DNA of 64,000 nt from Lingula anatina (lineage: Eukaryota > Animalia > Brachiopoda), in the NCBI GenBank assembly GCA_051362555.1, contig CM120645.1:14198001-14262000 (forward strand). Reading direction: 5' to 3'. Positions 1-10,395 of this stretch are shown here, one piece after another. The position numbers and the translations under genes are program-made. Position 1 is the first letter of the stretch; each line of letters begins with the position of its first letter. The notes under the pieces are model-generated. The model was not told where the DNA came from. It worked only from the letters and a program-made list of their open reading frames with translations, and did no database searches.

Positions 1-335
1 CCCGTAATTGATGATTAATAAACATAATACTGGGCGCTTACTATAATACGTGTGCGGCCCTTCGAATGTATAATCTCATAAGGCTCGATGGTCACAATTG
101 CATCTTCAGTTAAGGTAGCACCGTCCAACACCGACTTTCAAGATAGCTTAAGATTTCTCTGTACCTTTGAGAGATTAAAGGATAATCACTTGGAATTGCT
201 CTTGCAGAAAATCCGAGATAAAAATAGAGATGACAGCGGTGTGACTAATATATTCACAGGAAGCCAGGTGTGGCATTGGTCTATTACACAGAAGTTTTAA
301 TTACTAAATGTTATGTAAAAGCTCATCTTGCTACC
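1..335 (-). repeat. 3' LTR (partial, truncated by window start)
   Basis: Appears identical to 9202-9536 (the same 70-aa spurious ORF occurs at 88 and 9289); similarity stops at ...CTTGCTACC. Confidence 0.95.
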
Positions 336-600
336 GCATAATGATATCTTATAACGAAAATTATTATGAGAGTAGTATACAAATAAGTTGACTGCTAAAA
401 TAATTGATATATTTTGAGTAATTATCAAGAAATGAATATTAAGATGAGTAAATATGTCTATCTCTAAAGATAAAATATTAAAACATTAATCATAACAAAG
501 GAGTGAGCTTCATTCAAGAATTCTGTCCTGAAATTCTCATCAATGCATGAACAGTGTCGCAAGAGGTCGGCTTTTTTTTTTTTTTTTCGGAGGAACTATA

Positions 601-3026
601 TTAAACAAAAACTTCAACAGGCATGATATCCAGCTTGTATAGCCAACTGCACTGCTGAATAATTAAATGTGCAAAGAATGGCTGAGCAAACATCTTTTTC
701 AACTTATAAGTTTGGCAGTATTTTAAGGGAATCGGATTGAAAAGAGTAATCGATTGATCAATTTCGTCATTAGAAAGACAGATACCGTTCCAATCTATGT
801 GCAACATGGGATAAATACAACCATGGATCTCAAAATTATCGAATAATGTGGGTGTGTGTGCTTTCCAGTCCGTTACACTACCCTGAAGGTGCATAACAGG
901 CAAAACAACAGCATCATCTAACGTTGAAATCTGTAAGGCCAGGACAGGTCTATGTCCGTAGGATTTGCGAAAAATGAGAATGGCAATTATAACGAAAAGC
1001 AGCAAAATAACAACTGATTCGGTGATGTAGGGTAATACAAAAATTGGGGAATCAATTTCAAAAGTAGTCGGAAGTGCGGTGGCTTCAAAGGTTAGATTAA
1101 AACCACGAACAGAGACAATGTTTTGAAGCGAGGTTATGATAACAGACAGTTTAGCAAATTTATAAGATAAAAAGGCGGTAAAGAGAATGTTAAAAGCCGA
1201 TAGACCAACAGCGATATAAGGGATAAGGGGTGTAAGGTCGTCAGATTGCTGACTGTCGGGAAGTGTGTCTGCTATTGAATGGTAAATTGGTTGCTTCCGT
1301 TTTACCGCAGACATGATGCGTTTGAAATTTAAATGGTCAGTCCGTTCGGAGGCGATGATAGAATCAATTTTATTGTGAAGAATCTTGATTTTCGGAATGG
1401 TTAAGGAAGGAGGCTTAGATAACAAGGTATCTCCCATGAGATCGTTAATGCGCTCTTCCGCAAACAAGTGTTGTAGAGCAATGAGGTTAAAGGGGTATTT
1501 GACGGTTTCATCAAAAGAAAAATTATGACAATTATATAAACGTTCCGGAAAATAGGCTATCTTAGTATTAATTGTGCAGTGATAGGGTAGGTGCACGACA
1601 CAATGATGACAATTGGAGATATGGGACGTCTTGGTATGGGAGCAATGTAGCATTATGACGTCCACGTTGGTGAATAATATGGTGTCTTTGGTAATGAAGT
1701 GTGCGGAAGAGGAAACGGCATTCTGTTGAAATGTAAAATTGCAATTTTCTAATATTTTTGGGCGTAAGTTTAGGAAAAGACTGCTAACACAGCTCTCAAA
1801 ACTAACAGGAATCAAAATTGGATATTGTGGACAAGATTTGTGGAATGTGCCTCGACATAACGACCAGTCTTTATGCGTGAGGATGGAATAGTGAGTCTCA
1901 TCATCGGAAATGGCAAAAATGGATGGTAGTTTGATTAAAGTACCATGGAGAGACTTACGCTGGAGAGGGACCGGATACGTTGTGACTGAGTACGCGGTGA
2001 GCGCATGAGGGTAAGTCGTTATGGGAAATTTTAGTCTAATGAAGAGTGACTGATTGTGGAAGGCTGTAACGAAATGTGGATGCTTATAGTAGAAATTTGG
2101 AGTGGTGTGAATCAAAGTTGAAGTCGGGGCTTGTTCCTTAAGTTTCGACTGAATAAAAGTTATAGTTTCTTGTATAAGTTGTGGAGGTAAAATTAGTGGA
2201 CTCAATAAACCTTGCGCTAACTGAATAATAGCTGTTTGATACTTAACCATATGAGAATATAACTGAATTGCTGTTAACAGTTCATGCGATTGTAAATTGT
2301 ACATTTTTGCATTAAGGTTAATTGCTGCCAAATTTTGTGATACTTCCGTCGCTATCATTCTCGTCTCATTGTATAATGCTTCAGAGATATCCATCGCCTT
2401 GTCTACCCTATCATCTAAGACAGACAATAGCGACTCATAATTAGAATTAGTTGAAGACAGTTGAGTAATAAGCTTTTGCTGATTTTCTGCAATTTGAGCT
2501 ACGTGAGATGCTAAATTTTTGAGATCTTTATTACTTGCGGTGCCAAAAATTGATTTACTGATTTCAGCAACGAATGGAAATATGCTGCGTTTAGATCTAG
2601 ATTTTGCCGAAATTTTCTCCACATTTAAATTTGAAAGTAGAGGGTCGATTACTTGAGACATATCATGCATTGACTTCATAATGTCGCTTCGGATGCTTCT
2701 AGCCGTCTTTAAACCTGAACGATATAAATTACAAACTTCTCCAGATCTACAAAGATGAATTGGGTGGTTTTTAACGCTAAAGTCGGGTATTACTAATTCA
2801 TAAGTATGAGACCAATATTCCACATTTGGCAAGATTTTACCAATAGGAGTAAATACTGTGCCATAGTTGACTCTATGGATGACGTCACTGTCGAGGTTGA
2901 GTGCAATAGTCTGGCTGACTGTGATCATGCCGATGACTAGCACCACGGACAAAAGTCGTAGTGACTTCATTAATTCCTTGAATGTCGCATATGTCGAAGC
3001 ATTGCCGTTGCATATATCCATCTCAT
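601..3026 (-). CDS. env: Envelope/fusion glycoprotein (class I, F-like); probably the 3' exon of a spliced env
   Basis: 806-aa ORF: hydrophobic signal (LLSVVLVIGMITVSQTIA), furin site RSKR followed by fusion peptide SIFPFVAEISKSIFG, heptad region, Cys-rich ectodomain, TM segments near the C-terminus; splice acceptor at 3027. Confidence 0.88.
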
Positions 3027-3379
3027 CTGTTGAAGAGAGAAAAAAAAGAGTTTAAAGTAAAGAAAGGAGGTACCCTGATGAGATGGTTATTGCAATCGGT
3101 TACTTCGCGTAGTATTGTATGACCGGTCATAACATATGCACGATGATTGACATAATTGATAAGCGCTGTCGAATCTTAATTTTATTATGTGTGTGGATTT
3201 CGCTGTCGTACAAATGACATTGGGTGTCCGTACGTGTCAGTATATAAAACATTGATACTGAATATCTGGGTTGATACGATAGAAATTTCTTGGTGAAACA
3301 TACTAGAATATATCGTAGACGTGTAATCAATGGGAACACGTGACGCCGACTTTATGAATATTAATTATTTCGAATGAAT

Positions 3380-6300
3380 TCATCTTTTACGTGGTTTGCC
3401 TTGAAGCGTTTTGTTAACATGAAATTCCCGTATCAAAGCTTGAGAAACGTTGGAATGAGGCTCCCATGATGGAGGGTAATCGCCTTTCCATTTCACCAAA
3501 TAATGCTTAACACCTCTAATGGGTTTGCATTTGAGAAGTTTCTCGACTTCAAACCATTCATCTGGATCTGGGACAATTTGTTGTTGCTCAGTAGGGGGTG
3601 TAACGTTTTGAGCTTCAGGGGGGTTCGAATCGTTTTGTGGTAATTCATTTTCGTCGTGAACAGGCTCTGGTAAAGGAGCTTGTGGTCTAAGCGGACGGTC
3701 TTCAGGGTCGTGATACAATTTCAGTCTGTTCGCATGTACAGGTGACGGGTGAAGTTTGTTTGTGCTACAGTCGCGTAACTTGAATGTGTAACTAGAGACA
3801 CGATCTGTAATATAGTAAGGACCTACAAATTTAGCCGTCAGTTTAGGGCTTCGGCCCTTCTTGACACGTGACCATTTTAGTAAGACTCTGTCACCTATGT
3901 GAAAGGCGGGAGGGGCTGCCGTGCGATCATATAAGCGCGTATATTTCTGTTGCGCTTGCGTTCTGTTGTCATGGGCTATTTGACGTGCTAACTCCAAGTT
4001 TTTCTGAATATTTTCTATATAGTCTTCTACTGATTTAGGTAAGGAATCTGGAGGTTTTAAAAGTGACTCCAGCGGAGTATTCATTTCTTTTCCGTACATC
4101 AAATAGAACGGTGAAAATTCAGTAGACTGCGTTGCAGGTGTAGCACGTAATGCCATGAGTACCCCTGGGAGAATCTGTGGCCAATCGTCTTGATTTTGAT
4201 TGCAATATATTCTAATTGATTGGGCTAGCGCGGAATTTTGTCTCTCTACAGCACTGTTGCTGGCAGGGTGAAAACTGCTTGTTAACGCCCTTTTGACATG
4301 AAATAACTCACTCAGTGTCTGTACCAGCAGGGACGTAAAATTACGTCCGCGGTCAGTGACTATGACCTTGGGTGCTCCATATCTACAAAAAATCTCAGAG
4401 TAAAGAATTCGAGCTACTTCCTCTGCTGTCTGGGTCTTTAATGGAAAAGCTTCAGGCCAAGCCGAAAAAGAACAGACAAGTAAAAGAATGTACTTGTAAC
4501 CTTCACGTGATTTGGGCATAACTAATATGTCCATGTGAAGTCTGTCCCATACACCTGTTATTGGGAGTGGCTGAAGAGGAGCGGGTCTTTGGCCATGGTG
4601 ACGTTTTGCCTTTTGACATGAGTCGCATGTTTTAACATACTGAAGTATTTCAGTATACATGCGGGGCCAATAGAATCTGTTTCTGATCAACTGATAACTT
4701 CTGTCAAACGCAAAGTGAGCGCCAGACGCTAGGCTATCATGGTAGGCCTGTAAAACGTCATCTCTGTATTGAGTGGGCACCGCTAATTGGCGTATGATAT
4801 TTCGTTCTGTGCCGGACGTTCTAGAACGAGGTTGATAAATATGAAAAAGGAGGTCCTTATCCATAATGTATTGATCAGATTCGTAAATTGTCTTTCTCGC
4901 CAATTTGGCGTCATCTGGGAGAGTGCCATTTAGCAAATATGCAATGATATGTTTGAAGTCATCACATTGTCGTTGCATTTGGGCCAATTGGGATAATTGT
5001 TCTTTTTCCACAGAGGGAAGAATGGTGAAAACATCAGGCTCTGAGGTGGCAATGATATGTTGAATAATGTGAACTGGAGCATCTGTTTTCGTGGGGCCCA
5101 TATCATGAACAAATTTTGTGTCAATTTCTCGTGTTGAGTCAACCGAAGACATGGCCGTAATAGCTTGAATAGGCTCAGAATTTTGGTAAGTGCGCCGTGA
5201 CAATGCGTCAGCGGGATTTTTATTACCTGCACGGTGTACGATTGTATAATCGTATTCCTGCAGAGCAAGAGCCCATCTGATCAAACGGGGTGAAGAATGT
5301 TTGATTTGCTTTAGCCATTTAAGTGCTTGGTGATCGGTATAGATCGTAAAAGGTTGACTAGACAGATAAACGTGGAAAGCTTTAACACCTTCTACGACTG
5401 CTAGACACTCAAGTTGTGTAATCGGGTACAGTTGTTCAGACGCCGATAAAGATCGGCCACCGTAACTAATTGCACATTCACGTCCCTTATCATCTAACTG
5501 ACCCAGGATGTATCCGAGTGAATGCCCAGAGGCATCTGTTGTCAAAATAAAGGGTTTTGACATGTCGGGAAATTTGAGAATTGGAGGGTTTACTAACGCC
5601 TGTTTTAGCGTTTTGAAAGCAGTGTCGCATTCCTTGGTCCACTGAAATTTTACTTCTTTATGCAGTAAACTGTTTAAAGGCTTTGCAATATGGCTGTACC
5701 CTTTGATAAAACGGCGATACCATGTCGTTAAGCCCAAGAAACTACGGACTTGTTTGACATTAGTGGGGGTAGGAAAGGACTGAACTGCTTCTGTCTTTGA
5801 AGAATCTACCTGTATACCATCTCGAGATAAATTATGTCCAAGATACAAAACTTTTGGGACACAAAATGAACATTTAGAGGGCTTTAACTTCAGGTTTGCC
5901 TGTCTCAAAATGTGAAACATTTCTTGCAGATGTGCCAGGTGATCTTCGAATGTTTTTGAAAAACAAAGAATATCATCGATGTAAATGATGACATTTTTCC
6001 AATTCATGTTTCGAAATATGTTACTCACTAGATATTGATAGCTTGCTGGAGCATTTTTCAGCCCAAACGGTAAACGTTTGAACTGATATTGACCACTATG
6101 CGTGACAAACGATGATTTTTCTTTAGAGTCGTCTGATAACGCTATGGTCCAAAATGCTGTATTGATGTCAACTAAGGAAAAGTAAGTTGCCTTGGAATCA
6201 GCTATCGAGTCAAAAATGTCCTCTAACCGTGGAAGAGGAAAGCTTATTGATTTAGTAACAGCATTCAATTTCCGATAATCAATTGCAAATCGAAAGTCAC

Positions 6301-7393
6301 CTTGTTTCTTGCGTACCAAAATAACAGGTGAAGACCAAGGAGAGGTGGAAGGTTCAATGATATCATGATGCAACATTTCATTTATCTGGCGATCAATTTC
6401 AGCTTTTGCTTGAGGAGTTGTTCTATAAAACCTTTGGGTGATTGGGGGATGATCACCGGTATCAATAGTATGTTTGTAAACGGGCACATGACCTATTTCA
6501 GACAAATTTGTAGCAAACACATCTCTATTGCTACCTATGAGTGACAATAATTGGTCCTGTTGATCAGATGTGAGATGAGATAACTCAAAGGGGATTTTAA
6601 GTTCTAAGGCCGCTTTCTTATCTTCCTCACTGATCGGTTTAATGGTAGGGGGCTGAGTGGGAGTGAAGTCAAGGTGGTGCAAATTACCTGCGCTTATGCG
6701 TGACACTTTAGCCACAATGGAGTTTGCATAGATTGTATAACTATAAGGCGTAGTGTTAGCAACGCGGTAATGACAGTGACTGTTAGTCAAGGTATTGATG
6801 GTAGAGGCACCTAAAATAGTATTCAAATTTGAGGACGGTTCTAAAAGAACAAGCGTCGAGCCACCTTTGTCAGGACGTATGCGGGAAACCTGAACTTGCA
6901 CTAACCGTTCCGTGAAAGGCTCCACGGTCACAGTTGATTTTGATCTAGCAAGTCCTAAATTGTCTGAAATCGTCAAACATACCGTGCTATCGGGATCGCG
7001 TAGAGTCAATTCATGTGTTTGTAAATCAATCACTGCACTATGGTCATGCAGAAAATCCAAGCCAATAATAAAAGGTCGGGGTAATATTGGAACAACGCAA
7101 AAAGTATGGGTATATTCCACTTTACCGATGAAAAATTTGAGACATGCAAGGCCCAAAATTGTTTGCGCGTCGCCACTCACTCCACTTACTGTTGTAATTT
7201 TAGAGGGAGGGGCAAGATCAGAAAAAGGAATGCCTAAAGTTTGAAACGTTTGTTTGGAAACACAACTGATGCTAGCGCCAGTGTCAAGAAGACCATTGAA
7301 CTTTTTGTTTTTGATTGTAATAAAAAGAGAATTTTGTAAAGATTTTTCCGATATCGTACCAATAGATCCAGCCTGTTCTTGCGACTCTACTCG
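3380..7393 (-). CDS. pol: Pol polyprotein: aspartic protease, RT, RNase H, integrase, chromodomain
   Basis: LLDTGAS near 7270-7290 is in frame with the 1266-aa ORF; YIDD RT motif; TDASG RNase H; HHCC and DDE integrase; GPY motif; C-terminal FEVEKLL...YLVKWKG...SWEP chromodomain. Confidence 0.97.
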   Translation of the reverse strand, partial: RVESQEQAGSIGTISEKSLQNSLFITIKNKKFNGLLDTGASISCVSKQTFQTLGIPFSDLAPPSKITTVSGVSGDAQTILGLACLKFFIGKVEYTHTFCVVPILPRPFIIGLDFLHDHSAVIDLQTHELTLRDPDSTVCLTISDNLGLARSKSTVTVEPFTERLVQVQVSRIRPDKGGSTLVLLEPSSNLNTILGASTINTLTNSHCHYRVANTTPYSYTIYANSIVAKVSRISAGNLHHLDFTPTQPPTIKPISEEDKKAALELKIPFELSHLTSDQQDQLLSLIGSNRDVFATNLSEIGHVPVYKHTIDTGDHPPITQRFYRTTPQAKAEIDRQINEMLHHDIIEPSTSPWSSPVILVRKKQGDFRFAIDYRKLNAVTKSISFPLPRLEDIFDSIADSKATYFSLVDINTAFWTIALSDDSKEKSSFVTHSGQYQFKRLPFGLKNAPASYQYLVSNIFRNMNWKNVIIYIDDILCFSKTFEDHLAHLQEMFHILRQANLKLKPSKCSFCVPKVLYLGHNLSRDGIQVDSSKTEAVQSFPTPTNVKQVRSFLGLTTWYRRFIKGYSHIAKPLNSLLHKEVKFQWTKECDTAFKTLKQALVNPPILKFPDMSKPFILTTDASGHSLGYILGQLDDKGRECAISYGGRSLSASEQLYPITQLECLAVVEGVKAFHVYLSSQPFTIYTDHQALKWLKQIKHSSPRLIRWALALQEYDYTIVHRAGNKNPADALSRRTYQNSEPIQAITAMSSVDSTREIDTKFVHDMGPTKTDAPVHIIQHIIATSEPDVFTILPSVEKEQLSQLAQMQRQCDDFKHIIAYLLNGTLPDDAKLARKTIYESDQYIMDKDLLFHIYQPRSRTSGTERNIIRQLAVPTQYRDDVLQAYHDSLASGAHFAFDRSYQLIRNRFYWPRMYTEILQYVKTCDSCQKAKRHHGQRPAPLQPLPITGVWDRLHMDILVMPKSREGYKYILLLVCSFSAWPEAFPLKTQTAEEVARILYSEIFCRYGAPKVIVTDRGRNFTSLLVQTLSELFHVKRALTSSFHPASNSAVERQNSALAQSIRIYCNQNQDDWPQILPGVLMALRATPATQSTEFSPFYLMYGKEMNTPLESLLKPPDSLPKSVEDYIENIQKNLELARQIAHDNRTQAQQKYTRLYDRTAAPPAFHIGDRVLLKWSRVKKGRSPKLTAKFVGPYYITDRVSSYTFKLRDCSTNKLHPSPVHANRLKLYHDPEDRPLRPQAPLPEPVHDENELPQNDSNPPEAQNVTPPTEQQQIVPDPDEWFEVEKLLKCKPIRGVKHYLVKWKGDYPPSWEPHSNVSQALIREFHVNKTLQGKPRKR

Positions 7394-8695
7394 TCATTGT
7401 TTCTTAGATGACCTACACACTTTCGCCAAATGACCAACTTTACCGCAATTTCTACATGTTAAATGAAAAGCAGGACAGAATCTACGTAAATGAAACTCAC
7501 CACCGCAACCAGAACATGGAGTCCGTTTCTGGTTATTATAGCGTTGATTCCATTGGCGTGTCTGTTGACGTTGAAAACGTGGAGGCATCGTCTGATTTCG
7601 CTGCGCTTGAGGAACACGTGGGCGTAACTCGTAGTCGCGGAAAGGAACACCGGGGTGGGGCGCTGATCGGTACTCTGAAGGTCTTGGTCTGTCATTTGGA
7701 ACATGTATAGGGTTCAACTGTGCGGAGTTGGGCTGCGGCGTGGCTAACTGAGAGATTTTGTTGTTGATTTCAGTCAGCTGTGTACCCAGGGCTGTTAAAG
7801 TCGCAGCGGAAGCTGAGGGTTGAACCGCTGTTTCGGCCTGTCGAGCGCGAGCGATTAGATCTTCAAAGGTTTTAGGCTCGTGCTGTGCCACGAACGGTCG
7901 AATCTCAGGCAGTAGGCCATGAAGAATGGCCTGTATAGTTTGCTCATCCGGTAATTTTACTTTTTGGGCTTCCCTACGTACCTCAGCAATGTAGTCTTGT
8001 ACTGCCTGTGACGGTTTCTGGCAACGCTGAAATAAGCTAGAAACAGTAGCCCACTTTGAACTCGCTGTCGGCTGGAATCTAGTTTTGAAGGAATCAGCGA
8101 TGTTGTCCATAGTGTTTTTCTCATCGTCAGAGAGCGTATCAAACCAATCTAGGGCAGCGTTTCGAAGAAGTAGAGGAAACGATGAACGTTGTTGTGCGTC
8201 TGTTAAGCCTTTAAACTTTGCATAGTTCATAAAGTGCGACAACCAACGATCAGGGTCCTCATTTTGAGTGCCGTGGAATTTTTCAGGCAACAAGCTTAAA
8301 TCTGACGACATATCGTAGGTGGGCGGAGGAGGGGTTGACGGAGCGGAAGATAACGAGGTGACGGAAGTTGTCGAGTCTCTATCACTTTCTGTATCTGACG
8401 TAGCAGCTGATTCTAAATCTTGCTCTGAAGGTGGTTGAGGAGCTTCAATTGAAATTGTTGGCGGATCAACAGGGTTGTCGGTAGTTGTTTTACCGCTGGT
8501 TGTTGGCTGTGGTTGAAAAAGGCTTGATAGGTCTGGAGACGAGGAGCGGGAACGGGAGGTAGACGTTGGTGAGTTGGGTTCACGAGGTGTGGGGAACGAC
8601 TGTTTAAGTGCTGTTAACGACACTTTCTTACCTGACGTTCGAAGCCTGGTATTTGCGGAAGGCGTTGACCAATAGTTCTCTGGCCTCGCTGACAT
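7394..8695 (-). CDS. gag: Gag (capsid plus two Zn knuckles)
   Basis: PEKFHG...DPDRWL capsid-like start, CSGCGGEFHLRRFC and CRNCGKVGHLAKVC knuckles; first ATG at 8695. Confidence 0.93.
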   Translation of the reverse strand: MSARPENYWSTPSANTRLRTSGKKVSLTALKQSFPTPREPNSPTSTSRSRSSSPDLSSLFQPQPTTSGKTTTDNPVDPPTISIEAPQPPSEQDLESAATSDTESDRDSTTSVTSLSSAPSTPPPPTYDMSSDLSLLPEKFHGTQNEDPDRWLSHFMNYAKFKGLTDAQQRSSFPLLLRNAALDWFDTLSDDEKNTMDNIADSFKTRFQPTASSKWATVSSLFQRCQKPSQAVQDYIAEVRREAQKVKLPDEQTIQAILHGLLPEIRPFVAQHEPKTFEDLIARARQAETAVQPSASAATLTALGTQLTEINNKISQLATPQPNSAQLNPIHVPNDRPRPSEYRSAPHPGVPFRDYELRPRVPQAQRNQTMPPRFQRQQTRQWNQRYNNQKRTPCSGCGGEFHLRRFCPAFHLTCRNCGKVGHLAKVCRSSKKQ

Positions 8696-8730
8696 CTGAA
8701 ACAGGCAGGGAGGTCTGGAAACAACAGGTT

Positions 8731-8739
8731 TCTCCACCA
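8731..8739 (-). promoter_or_regulatory. Primer binding site (tRNA-Ala-like)
   Basis: TGGTGGAGA lies 4 nt inside the 5' LTR end and is complementary to a ...UCUCCACCA tRNA 3' end. Confidence 0.75.
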
Positions 8740-8743
8740 CTTT

Positions 8744-9548
8744 TGTAACGGGGCCGGTGCGGTTGTTTGGCGTGTGCGCGAGGTTCGTAAGAATGACACA
8801 ACAGTCTAAGATAGGTTTCCCTATTAATACAGTTTATTACTTTAACCCGTTACATATACAGGGACATCTAGCTCAGGTAGGCACAGCGCTACGGTAAGAC
8901 AGTGACCCAATCGTTCCCTCGATCTAGGCTCTGATTGACCCGGCCGTCCTCAGTCCTCAGTCTCCCTCTCGTGCTCTCGTCGTTGCTGGTCACTCTGACG
9001 TCCCTGGGATCGGTCTAGCGTTAGTTCTCCGGTGTAGAAATCGGGACGCCCTTTATACTGAATTTTGAGGGTGAGGTCACTGTTTACCGTGCCTGATGGT
9101 GACAGGATAATTCTCTTTATATAAACAGTTACTAGTTATACTGGCTACTTGGCCTTAAACTTCTATTCTATATTACGCTCGTTGATAAAACAATACTTTC
9201 ACCCGTAATTGATGATTAATAAACATAATACTGGGCGCTTACTATAATACGTGTGCGGCCCTTCGAATGTATAATCTCATAAGGCTCGATGGTCACAATT
9301 GCATCTTCAGTTAAGGTAGCACCGTCCAACACCGACTTTCAAGATAGCTTAAGATTTCTCTGTACCTTTGAGAGATTAAAGGATAATCACTTGGAATTGC
9401 TCTTGCAGAAAATCCGAGATAAAAATAGAGATGACAGCGGTGTGACTAATATATTCACAGGAAGCCAGGTGTGGCATTGGTCTATTACACAGAAGTTTTA
9501 ATTACTAAATGTTATGTAAAAGCTCATCTTGCTACCAACTGCGTTACA
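8744..9548 (-). repeat. 5' LTR, 805 bp
   Basis: TGTAACG...CGTTACA inverted termini; adjacent PBS; AATAAA (8833-8838) and TATAAA (9052-9057) on the minus strand. Confidence 0.93.
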
Positions 9549-9793
9549 TAGATGTTCACAGATATGTCTCTGGTTAAATAGATGGTTAAACTCTGTAGGC
9601 CTACTGTGAGCAAAATGTCCACAGAATAATAACTGTCCTGGTAGTGGGTACGTTTACAGCAGCACTTTAAAACCAATATTATAAGAAAGAAGAGTTGATC
9701 GCCACAAACAAAAAGAACTGTTTCAACTGTTAAGGCATGGAGGCATGGTGCCAGGAGTGGTTAGAACACAAAGAGAACTAAATCTGTCCTGCC

Positions 9794-9959
9794 CAGGGGC
9801 GTAACCAGGCATACGCACGGATGCACCGTGCGTACAATTTTTTTAGCCAACCATGATATTATTCTCCATAAATTCAGTGTATATTTCACGGAATATAATT
9901 GTACCTGGGAATTTTCAAAATCTGTGCGTACAATTTTAAAAGGTCTGGTTACGCCCCTG
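9794..9959. mobile_element. Small MITE (hAT-like termini)
   Basis: TIR CAGGGGCGTAACCAG/CTGGTTACGCCCCTG; absent from the paralogous intron of copy C (~41865). Confidence 0.75.
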
Positions 9960-10047
9960 CTGCCCTCTACCCTCCCAACATCTCATCTAACGATGAGTCC
10001 ATTCATAAAACATTTACTTCTCTAATATCTTTATACTGCCATTGCAG

Positions 10048-10395
10048 ATCGGTGGCGTTCTTCAGGCGTACCCTGCTGCGTGGAACAATAAACTGCCTCC
10101 AGCTGGTATATTCTGGCCAATAAATTTCGGAGTGAATCCTGCAGTAGTGGTGAACACGTTCAGCTTCCCCAACATTCCTGGTTGCGACAAACCGAGGACT
10201 TATGTGGCCGCTCACTGCACTATTGCTTGGGATATCAGAGTCTCCGTGTTTGTTCGCCTTCGCACCGTAGTTGTCCAGATATACCCAGATTATTGCGAGA
10301 ACATTAGGGGAATATGCGGTGATTACGATGGGGTTGCTGCTAACGATGAAACCAATCTCGCAAACGTGCCTCCATGGGCTCCTCTGCTCATGTAG
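10048..10395 (+). CDS. VWD-domain secreted protein, copy A, last coding exon (upstream exons lie beyond the retroelement, outside the window)
   Basis: TTGCAG acceptor; GICGDYDG motif; paralogous to 34469-34816 and 42007-42351. Confidence 0.85.
   Translation: MGGVLQAYPAAWNNKLPPAGIFWPINFGVNPAVVVNTFSFPNIPGCDKPRTYVAAHCTIAWDIRVSVFVRLRTVVVQIYPDYCENIRGICGDYDGVAANDETNLANVPPWAPLLM

Larger units (their letters stand above)
1..9548 (-). mobile_element. Ty3/Gypsy LTR retrotransposon with env (endogenous-retrovirus-like); left end runs off the window
   Basis: LTR-PBS-gag-pol-env-LTR order on the minus strand; 1-335 repeats 9202-9536; domain order PR-RT-RH-IN. Confidence 0.97.

Noticed and set aside
88-300. 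70-aa ORF present twice (88 and 9289)
   Set aside because: Antisense ORF inside the LTR; duplicated only because the LTR is; no recognisable motif
9529-9537. TGGTAGCA near the outer end of the 5' LTR resembles an initiator-Met PBS
   Set aside because: Only about 8 nt match, wrong position for a PBS, and a proper PBS exists at 8731-8739
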